The notes below the pieces were generated by a model. That model was not told where the DNA came from. It searched no databases and saw only the letters and a program-made list of their open reading frames with translations. From Chthonomonadales bacterium (GTDB lineage Bacteria > Armatimonadota > Chthonomonadetes > Chthonomonadales > CAJBBX01), in assembly GCA_027459625.1 (NCBI GenBank), contig DAIDHP010000009.1:14510-78509 (forward strand): a stretch of DNA of 64,000 nucleotides, given 5' to 3'. Below, piece after piece: positions 38,374 through 46,394 of this stretch. Within the stretch, counting starts at the first letter, position 1. The number at the start of each line of letters is the position of its first letter. The position numbers and the translations under genes were made by a program.

Positions 38374-39789
38374 ATGATGGATCCCAAAGTTTTTCGCGCT
38401 TATGACATACGTGCAATCGTGCCGGATTTGGTGGATAAGGATAGCGTGTATTACGGCAAAGTGGGCGATCCGGACACCTATCAGGCTCCGTTGGAACCGA
38501 CGGATGTGGAAATTATCGGCAAAGGCCTGGCAAAACTGTTCGATTCTCCCAAAGTGGCGATAGGCCGCGACGCAAGGCTTTCAAGCCCAGCCTGGTGTGA
38601 CGCCTTGTCGGAAGGTCTCGTGTCACAAGGGGTGGATGTAATTCAACTGGGAATCACCACGACGGATATGGTCTATTATGTATCCGGAGCCTGGCGGATA
38701 CCCGCCGTGCAAATCACCGCCTCCCATTGCACAAAAGAGTTAAACGGAATGAAAATGGTTCGTCCAGGGGCTCAGGTTATCGGACAAGGATCCGGCATGG
38801 AGGACCTTCGCGATATCGTCATGGAGGAAGGTTTCGCATACACCGGAAAACGAGGCGACATCACCGAAAGGGATATCATGCCCGAATACGTTGACCACCT
38901 CATGCGATTTGTTGACGCCAAAAACATCCGACCATTCAAAATCATCGCCGACGCCGGCAATGGATGCGGAGGACTTGTGTGTCGGGAGCTTGTGAAACGA
39001 ATCCCGCAAATAGAGCTTACGGAGATGTATTTTGACCCCGACGGGCGATTCCCAAACCACGAAGCCAATCCCTTTGAAGTTAAAAATATCCGCGAGCTAA
39101 TTCAACGCACATCCAAGGAAGGCGCGGATTTTGGAGTTGCCTGGGATGGTGACGCCGACCGAGTCTATTTTCTCGATGAAACCGGGGAGTTCATTCCCGG
39201 TGATTTCATCACCGCCCTAGTTGCGAGCTTTTTCCTTGCCAAGCGTCCGGGCGAAGCGATCGTATACGACATACGATCATCCTGGGCGGTGCGGGACTGG
39301 GTGTTGAAACTTGAGGGCAAGCCAATCATGGAACGCGTCGGACACTCATTCATAAAGCGCACGATGCGAAGAGAAAACGCGGTTTTCGGCGGGGAAGTGA
39401 GCGGGCATTATTATTTCAGAGATCATTTTTACGCGGATAACGGATTCATCCCTCTGCTAGCCATTCTGCAAATGCTTTCCAGCAAAAGAATGAGAATGAG
39501 CGAGTTAATCGCGGGATTGGGTGACTATTTCATATCAGGCGAGATAAATTCAACCGTACCCGATGTTGAAGCCGTATTGCAAGAGATAGCGAAAACATAC
39601 GCGGATGCGGATGATATGAACTATCTGGATGGCGTGACCGTAAATTACACGGACTGGCATTTCAATGTGCGCCCCTCCGCAAACGATCCGGTAGTGAGGC
39701 TCAATCTCGAAGCAAAATCGCAGGAAATGATGGAGCGAAAAAGAGATGAAGTGTTATCCATTATCCGGGGCGGTAATCGCCTGCAATAA
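38374..39789 (+). CDS. Phosphomannomutase/phosphoglucomutase (alpha-D-phosphohexomutase)
   Basis: 471 aa. Phosphoserine loop ITASHCTKELNG. Metal loop AWDGDADRVYF. Sugar loop GGEVSGHY. Phosphate loop RPSANDP. Confidence 0.9.
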   Translation: MMDPKVFRAYDIRAIVPDLVDKDSVYYGKVGDPDTYQAPLEPTDVEIIGKGLAKLFDSPKVAIGRDARLSSPAWCDALSEGLVSQGVDVIQLGITTTDMVYYVSGAWRIPAVQITASHCTKELNGMKMVRPGAQVIGQGSGMEDLRDIVMEEGFAYTGKRGDITERDIMPEYVDHLMRFVDAKNIRPFKIIADAGNGCGGLVCRELVKRIPQIELTEMYFDPDGRFPNHEANPFEVKNIRELIQRTSKEGADFGVAWDGDADRVYFLDETGEFIPGDFITALVASFFLAKRPGEAIVYDIRSSWAVRDWVLKLEGKPIMERVGHSFIKRTMRRENAVFGGEVSGHYYFRDHFYADNGFIPLLAILQMLSSKRMRMSELIAGLGDYFISGEINSTVPDVEAVLQEIAKTYADADDMNYLDGVTVNYTDWHFNVRPSANDPVVRLNLEAKSQEMMERKRDEVLSIIRGGNRLQ

Positions 39790-39869
39790 CGTAACGTATT
39801 GCTAATGCATAACGGTTCCTACACTACAAGATCGCATGAAGCAATTTGATTGACAATCCGAGAGGTTTA

Positions 39870-41921
39870 ATGAGACTGACCAGGATAACACGGTTTTCCC
39901 ATCAATTGATAATCGCGGCGGGGGGCGGGATCATCGCAGCGCTGATTGCGGCGCAACCCCTTGCCAATGCCATGTGGGATCTTCTACTGGATGACAACGG
40001 GAAATCTCTCATCCAGCATGTTCCCAAAAACGGGCTCCCCATTCCCATCTCCATGCACTGGCCTGAACAGGCGAGAAACCTTGTGGAAACCGTAGGCTCC
40101 CTCACTCCGTCATTAGTGATCGTCTGGCATTTACTCCTCTATATGTGCGCACTCTACATTCTAATTCGGGTATTGAACCCCACTTTTCGCCTGACCTCCG
40201 GCGTCGACTTCAGTCCTTATTTGTTCACGCGCACCTATTTTCACTCTCCGCCTTTCATAAAGGCGTTCCTGATAGGAGTAGCCGCCATCCTTCCCATTTT
40301 CGGCGTATGGGAGTTGATCGCTCACTTCATGGGGGGAAGCCCCTTATCCCTGGGATTGAGGATGGGGGTGACATCCGCCATTCTCTGGGTGTTATACAGC
40401 GCCGATGGCGTTGCGGGGGATTTCGATAACACAAACTACCGAATCCCTGGTCGAAGGGAGATTTTCGCATTGGCCCCGCTTGGTTTCCTATTTGGAGCCA
40501 TCGCCTCCTTGGCGGTGATCATTCTGAAGCCCCTTGCTCCAGTGACATGGATTCATTTTTATCGGTCCTTGGGCTTCATTGGACTTGGCTCCGGCGAACG
40601 GATTGCATGGATTGTCATGGGATGCGCCGCATGGGTTGGATTTGCCCTCGGGGCGATCGCCTTCGCATGCTCCAAGCGAAACACCCCTTTCAGCGCCCGG
40701 ATCGGAGAGATCGCGATCCCCGTCGCTCTCTTAGTCTGGGCGTGGTTTTACACCGCGAAAACTTTGCCGAATTTCATGCGATCATGCGATTTCCCGATAC
40801 ACATTGACAGTGTCGATTCCTTCGCCAAATTGATCATAGGCTCCGATTACTCTCCAAAGACCAAGGTTGCGAAGGAGACCATCCTTCTGATTACAAAGAA
40901 TAGCGTCACAACCATCGTAACCCCCTTGCAGACAAACACCGGATTTCCCGCCAATGCCACCACGGAATCACAATTGTGGCGGTACCTTGAAAAGCATCAT
41001 TATCAGACAGCCTTATCCATGTCCATTTATCAAACCCTTCATGATATATACTCCTTGGAATGGGATTCCGCCAAGGAGCTTCAACTGGATGACACCTTCC
41101 TGTTGAAATCCCCGTCCGACGAGGTGCTTCAGCTCTTCATTCAAAAGATAGAGGGAAGCGGGGACGCCCGACTTGCCGATCAGTATATTGATATCCTGGC
41201 GGATCAGAAAAGGTTCACCTATCCGGACAGGAATTCGCTGGTGTATGTCGGGGACCTCTACGCTAGATTTGGCAATCGGACGAAAGCCGAATTATGGTAT
41301 CGCAAAGCCAATCTGCCAAACACCATTGACAGGCTGAACTCCCAAACTCTTTTCTCCGACGGGGAGATTGACGGCTCCCTATATCAAGACGGCAAACCCT
41401 TGGCGCACGTCAGAGTCGGACTCATGCCAGAAGGCGCAATCGGCGGAATTTTTTTCATGCCTTACGATAATGGTTACGTCTCACCCTATTCGCTCCGTTG
41501 GGTATGCAGTTCCACGCACACCGACGCCAATGGGAGATTTCAGTTTGACAATCTGGCATCCGGGAGGTACGTCCTGCTGGCGTATGACAAGCAATGGAAG
41601 CCAAATCAGATGTTCACCGCCAGCGATAAGTTATGGAAGTCACTTTTTGTATGCGTCAGCGCAAAACACATCCATGTTGGAACCATTCATTTATCCATGG
41701 TACCCCCGGCGAAAGCTCGAAAAATGCGCAAGATCAACGGATATAATCAAATGCCAGGGTTTCCTCCGTATTGGGTCGGACCAGGGTTTCCACCAAAGAT
41801 TGGTGGGCGGGGTGTGAAAGGTATCCCTCGAGTGCATGCCGGTCCTGAAAACGGGCGATTAAGGCGAAGTCATATCCCTTGGATCTTCCCGAAAAATCCC
41901 GCCCGCACGACAATTCCATAA
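39870..41921 (+). CDS. Polytopic membrane protein with TPR-like and carboxypeptidase-regulatory-like (CarbopepD_reg) C-terminal region
   Basis: Start taken at ATG 39870 (GAGAGG upstream). ~8 TM segments in the first ~300 aa. Later segments: DLYARFGNRTKAELWYRKA (TPR-like) and TDANGRFQFDNLASGRYVLLAY. The last ~60 codons overlap the convergent Dabb gene and look low-complexity. Confidence 0.5.
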   Translation: MRLTRITRFSHQLIIAAGGGIIAALIAAQPLANAMWDLLLDDNGKSLIQHVPKNGLPIPISMHWPEQARNLVETVGSLTPSLVIVWHLLLYMCALYILIRVLNPTFRLTSGVDFSPYLFTRTYFHSPPFIKAFLIGVAAILPIFGVWELIAHFMGGSPLSLGLRMGVTSAILWVLYSADGVAGDFDNTNYRIPGRREIFALAPLGFLFGAIASLAVIILKPLAPVTWIHFYRSLGFIGLGSGERIAWIVMGCAAWVGFALGAIAFACSKRNTPFSARIGEIAIPVALLVWAWFYTAKTLPNFMRSCDFPIHIDSVDSFAKLIIGSDYSPKTKVAKETILLITKNSVTTIVTPLQTNTGFPANATTESQLWRYLEKHHYQTALSMSIYQTLHDIYSLEWDSAKELQLDDTFLLKSPSDEVLQLFIQKIEGSGDARLADQYIDILADQKRFTYPDRNSLVYVGDLYARFGNRTKAELWYRKANLPNTIDRLNSQTLFSDGEIDGSLYQDGKPLAHVRVGLMPEGAIGGIFFMPYDNGYVSPYSLRWVCSSTHTDANGRFQFDNLASGRYVLLAYDKQWKPNQMFTASDKLWKSLFVCVSAKHIHVGTIHLSMVPPAKARKMRKINGYNQMPGFPPYWVGPGFPPKIGGRGVKGIPRVHAGPENGRLRRSHIPWIFPKNPARTTIP

Positions 41922-42027
41922 TCTCTTCGATCTGATCCGGCAGTTTACGTAATTCCCGGGCAATGAGATCTTTCACGGAATCCTCGGCATTTCCGGTCCA
42001 TTTAAACAATACGATGTGTTCGACCAT
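41734..42027 (-). CDS. Dabb-family (stress-responsive A/B barrel) protein
   Basis: 97 aa. MVEHIVLFKW...GYDFALIARFQDRHALEGYLSHPAHQSL. Confidence 0.8.
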   Translation of the reverse strand: MVEHIVLFKWTGNAEDSVKDLIARELRKLPDQIEEIMELSCGRDFSGRSKGYDFALIARFQDRHALEGYLSHPAHQSLVETLVRPNTEETLAFDYIR

Positions 42028-42145
42028 GAGAAGCTATCCTTGAATTTTATTATTTGGGTCGGCAACAGCGAAACAAGAGGCGATATTCATTTCGTTTTCC
42101 GTTTTCGCGCAATCACCTCTAATGATATGGATTGGGAGTGACGGA

Positions 42146-42640
42146 ATGATCATTCTTGGCGTGGATCCGGGAACGGCGACAACCGGATACGGTGTTCTTG
42201 AAAAAAAAGGGCAGGCGATACAAGCTTTGGATCACGGGGTCATTCGCACGCCTTCGGGTCAATCCCCGCCCGATCGACTCATGGCCATTCATCAGCAAAT
42301 GAACCGCTTGTTCGATAAATACAGCCCTTCCTGTTTGGTGACGGAAAGACTTTTTTTCTCTAAAAATCAAACCACCGCTTTCGCGGTGGGGAGAGCCATA
42401 GGTGTCGTGTTGCTAAGCGCCTCCCTTCATAACACGCCTTGGCATGAGTATACTCCCATGCAGGTGAAACAGGCCGTCGTAGGCTACGGAGCCGCCGACA
42501 AAAAGCAGGTTCAATTTATGATTCAGCGAATCTTAAATCTTACTACGCCGCCCCAACCGGATGACGCTGCGGACGCACTCGCCATAGCCCTATGCCACGC
42601 TCACACTCTGTTGCCGGACAATTGCCCGCCGGATATTTGA
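42146..42640 (+). CDS. ruvC: Crossover junction endodeoxyribonuclease RuvC
   Basis: Start moved to ATG 42146, giving MIILGVDPGTATTGYGVLE. ...ERLFFSKNQTTAF...PDDAADALAIALCHA. Confidence 0.9.
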   Translation: MIILGVDPGTATTGYGVLEKKGQAIQALDHGVIRTPSGQSPPDRLMAIHQQMNRLFDKYSPSCLVTERLFFSKNQTTAFAVGRAIGVVLLSASLHNTPWHEYTPMQVKQAVVGYGAADKKQVQFMIQRILNLTTPPQPDDAADALAIALCHAHTLLPDNCPPDI

Positions 42641-45600
42641 TAAACGGCATCCAAGAGTGTCTGAGCATCCGAAGTATCCGAAAGGACCATATACTCCCTT
42701 GGCGTCATTCCGGATAGCTGCTCCATGGCTTCCACCTCAGCCAAAATAATCACAGGAACACTGGCGTTATACTCGTGCATATGTGAGATCAAGGTTGTGG
42801 CATTCATTTCAAAAATTGACGTCGAGCAAACAATTAGTTCCAGCAGTTCCGACTCCGTCCAGAACAGATCCAAGGTCTCGGTGGCGTTATTTACGAGAAC
42901 CGGCGTATATCCATTCTTACATAGACCCTCTACGAACTGGTCGCGCGTCAAACTCTCTGGAAGCGCGATAAGGGCTAAGGGAGGAGCGACTTGATAGCCG
43001 TTGATGGCATATGGATCCTCCCAAGGCTGAGCCGCCGGAAGATAGATGGAAAAGAGGGTGCCAATATCGGGTACGCTTTCCAACTCAATCCAGCCTTGAT
43101 GATCCTGGACAATGGCGTACGCCATCGCCAGCCCCAAGCCGGTGCCGTGTCCCATCGGTTTGGTGGTGAAAAACGGTTCGAATATCCTCTGCCTTGTCCT
43201 AACATCCATCCCCAATCCGGAATCATGAACCTGAATTCTCACATAGCTCCCAAAGGGCAAATTATCCGGCTTGGATCGATACCCTTCGGAAATCTTCACC
43301 CTTTTCGTGCGGATGGTCAATTTTCCGCCATTCGGCATTGCGTCCCTTGCGTTGACGCATAGATTTATCAATATTTGCTCTATCTGCCCCGCATCCCCGA
43401 CGATTTCCAAGGGGTTCGCCTCCAAGGCGAGATTCAACTCTATTTTTCTAGGCAGGGATGGCTGTAACAGTGCAATCGTCTCCTGTACGACACTATTGAC
43501 GGATATCTTTTCCCGCCTTAACTCCGTTTTGCGGCTGAATGTGAGAAGTTGACGTGTCAGATCCGCCGCTCTTTGCACCGCCCTCATATTTTGATTCAGG
43601 GAATGCATCGCAGGATTATTCGTAGGGATATCCATCTTTGCCAACTCTATGTTTCCGCTCATGATGGCGAGTAGATTATTGAATTCATGCGCAATGCCGC
43701 CCGCAAGGGTGCCGATAGTCTCCATTTTTTGCACATGCAACCATCTCTCCTCCAACTCCTTTCTCTCAGTAATATCCTGGAACGTACCATACACATTGCG
43801 AATCTCCCCTTGGTCGTCCTTCACGTAAGAGAGGAGTATCTGTCCCCAGCGAGCCTGCCCGTTTTTGTGCCAGTAACGAAAATCATAAGGTTGTCCCCCG
43901 TGCTCCTCGCTCATAATCACATTCTCCGTCAACTTCTCAAGATCATCGGGGAAAATGATACGATTCCAATCGAGATCATCGGAATTCAACTCTTGGGGAG
44001 CGTACCCTGTCATATGCTCTATCTGCGGACTGAAGTAGAAGGGAATGATCCATTTGTTTTCATTTATCCGTATGGAGAATATCGTCTCGGAGATCGAGGC
44101 GATCAGCGTGCGGGAAAACTCCTCCGAATCCTTCAATGCTGAAATCAAACTCGCGTTTTCCAGAATCGCTGCGGCGTGCCTTGCGAAAGGAAGCAATGGT
44201 GTGACGTCCTCGTCAAAAAAACGTCGCTGCGTGATACCGTTGTCCGCCGCTATTACGCCAATAATTCTGTTTCTGGAGCGAAGGATCAGCAACATATGAT
44301 CCCTTACCGGCTCGCCTTGCACCGTCATACCGTTCTCGGCGTACATATTATCCGTGTAACGATACTCGAGGCGCGTATTTAGCAACCAATGCCACGGAGA
44401 TTCGGGATCGTTGAGATCGGCGACGATTTCATTGGAAGACTTCCTCTCTTCATTTCCAAATTCATCCGTGCCGTATAAGATCCTGATGCGATTCTCTTCG
44501 GAAAGGAATATCCCGGCACGATCAAATCCATACCCTTGCCTTACCGTCTTGGCGATGCTCCGGATGACATCCTCCAAATTATGAGCCAAACTCGCCTCCT
44601 GGCTAAAATCCAACAAAGCCTGCAACCTTTTGTTTGAGATGGAAAGCCGGGATTGCTGCAGATCGGATTCAACCAGCAATCTGGCGTTAAATAGCGCCAG
44701 CGCAATCTCGTCTGCAAATCCCTGCAACTGTCGCTTCTGCGCATCGTCCATGGGATCGCTGATCCCCAAATCCTCCTCCACGGATAGCAATCCCAGGCAC
44801 ATGGCTCCCACCTGAAGAGGGCTATGCACCAATGATGATTCGGGGTTTATGGCTGTGGCGGTGCTTATAAGTGATTCAGGCATGGAGGCTTCCTTGGAAT
44901 AGAGGTAGGTCAACTCTCCGCTTGGATCCTCCTCGGGAACGAACAGCCTTCGAATTACGCTTTCCTCACGATCCAACAAAAAGAGGCTAACGGACTTCGC
45001 ACTGAAACCCTCGCGCACATTCAATAGAATATCGTGCATGGCGTTTCTAGCATTGATAGGACCGGTCAGAGCCTGTGAAAGCTGGAGTAATGAGTGGAGG
45101 GTCCTCCCGCGCATATCCAGATCCGCATGGGCGGCGTCCAGTTCCGCCGCCATCTGGATAACGCCCTCCTTTAATTGTCTGTTCCAAAAATAATAGATCC
45201 CGATCACAGAGAGAAGAATCGCTAACAGAACCACCATGGTTAGCAGGGAGTAATCCAGCCACCGCGTAAGAATCTCGTTGCTCTTGTCTTCGGGATTATT
45301 CCAGATGAAATCATTCAGATCGATTTTATGATTAATTATTCCAGTCTCAGCCAGTAAATTCTGCTCCCTCTCCCATCGGTCAGGATTTTGATATCCAATC
45401 TCTATGCCGTCAGGGTTAATAATCGGAGCCAATACGCTCTCTTCATATTCAAGATGAGCGCGTGTGAGATGGTTTGGCGTGTTGTTGTAATTTGACAGAA
45501 GATAATTAATGGTCTCATGAGGATGATCGAAAGCGTACTCCCAACCCTCAATAGTTGCGATTTTGAAACGCAAGGAGAGGGATGGATTCTCACGGGAGAA

Positions 45601-46290
45601 TCTTTCCGTGGTGAACAAGCAGTCACCGTAAAAATCGACACCGTAATTAATCGGGCGAAGAACGGTAACGTGAATATGCTTGTTTTGAAGAATATCAGGC
45701 TCATTGGATATATATCCCGCCAGGGCGTCCACTTTATGACGGGTGAAATCCCCTATGGATGAAGAACCGGCCGTAAAGGTGATGTTTTTGGGATTCATCC
45801 CCTCTTTCATCATCACCACCTTAAACTCAATCATTTCGGATGAATTTCCGATGTTGCCGATTTTCCTCCCTTTAAGATCTGTAAAACTGATTATCGAGGA
45901 ATGACTTGGGACGATTAAGCAGGCGCAACTATGCTGCATGATGGCCGCCAGAGAAACGACATCAACCCCCTGCGCTCTCGCCACGAGGAGATTAACGGAA
46001 CCCACTCCGAACTGGGCGCGATTAGCCTCAACCTCCGTTATGGGATTTATTCCCGGTCGCCATGGCTTTATTATCACATCCAAACCTTCACGCTTATAAA
46101 AACCTTTCTTCGCAGCCATGTAATATCCGGCGAACTGGAACTGAGGATACCATTTCAGTTGGAGGGTGACATGGTGCAGAGGGGCTTGAGCGTGAGCCGC
46201 ATCAAGAAACAACTCCGGGAAAAAGCCGAGGAGAAATACGAGAAACAGGATCGGTTTTCTCATAACAGGCATCATCATGGTCTTCATCAA
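42601..46290 (-). CDS. Membrane sensor histidine kinase: periplasmic NMT1/SsuA-like binding domain, GAF x2, PAS, HisKA, HATPase_c, degenerate receiver
   Basis: 1229 aa with signal/TM segments. LQLKWYPQFQFAGYYMAAKKGFYKREGLDV (NMT1/THI5-like). H-box GGIAHEFNNLL. HATPase boxes (DSGLGM, GTGLGLA). The C-terminal REC-like domain lacks the acidic pocket. Confidence 0.9.
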   Translation of the reverse strand: MMKTMMMPVMRKPILFLVFLLGFFPELFLDAAHAQAPLHHVTLQLKWYPQFQFAGYYMAAKKGFYKREGLDVIIKPWRPGINPITEVEANRAQFGVGSVNLLVARAQGVDVVSLAAIMQHSCACLIVPSHSSIISFTDLKGRKIGNIGNSSEMIEFKVVMMKEGMNPKNITFTAGSSSIGDFTRHKVDALAGYISNEPDILQNKHIHVTVLRPINYGVDFYGDCLFTTERFSRENPSLSLRFKIATIEGWEYAFDHPHETINYLLSNYNNTPNHLTRAHLEYEESVLAPIINPDGIEIGYQNPDRWEREQNLLAETGIINHKIDLNDFIWNNPEDKSNEILTRWLDYSLLTMVVLLAILLSVIGIYYFWNRQLKEGVIQMAAELDAAHADLDMRGRTLHSLLQLSQALTGPINARNAMHDILLNVREGFSAKSVSLFLLDREESVIRRLFVPEEDPSGELTYLYSKEASMPESLISTATAINPESSLVHSPLQVGAMCLGLLSVEEDLGISDPMDDAQKRQLQGFADEIALALFNARLLVESDLQQSRLSISNKRLQALLDFSQEASLAHNLEDVIRSIAKTVRQGYGFDRAGIFLSEENRIRILYGTDEFGNEERKSSNEIVADLNDPESPWHWLLNTRLEYRYTDNMYAENGMTVQGEPVRDHMLLILRSRNRIIGVIAADNGITQRRFFDEDVTPLLPFARHAAAILENASLISALKDSEEFSRTLIASISETIFSIRINENKWIIPFYFSPQIEHMTGYAPQELNSDDLDWNRIIFPDDLEKLTENVIMSEEHGGQPYDFRYWHKNGQARWGQILLSYVKDDQGEIRNVYGTFQDITERKELEERWLHVQKMETIGTLAGGIAHEFNNLLAIMSGNIELAKMDIPTNNPAMHSLNQNMRAVQRAADLTRQLLTFSRKTELRREKISVNSVVQETIALLQPSLPRKIELNLALEANPLEIVGDAGQIEQILINLCVNARDAMPNGGKLTIRTKRVKISEGYRSKPDNLPFGSYVRIQVHDSGLGMDVRTRQRIFEPFFTTKPMGHGTGLGLAMAYAIVQDHQGWIELESVPDIGTLFSIYLPAAQPWEDPYAINGYQVAPPLALIALPESLTRDQFVEGLCKNGYTPVLVNNATETLDLFWTESELLELIVCSTSIFEMNATTLISHMHEYNASVPVIILAEVEAMEQLSGMTPREYMVLSDTSDAQTLLDAVYQISGGQLSGNRV

Positions 46291-46394
46291 TTGAATTATA
46301 TGACATTATTCTCTTATCAGACCGTTACAGACGCCTTAAACTTGGGTGACAATCTCATAAGAGAATTTCGCAATCACACACATATCCGATTATC

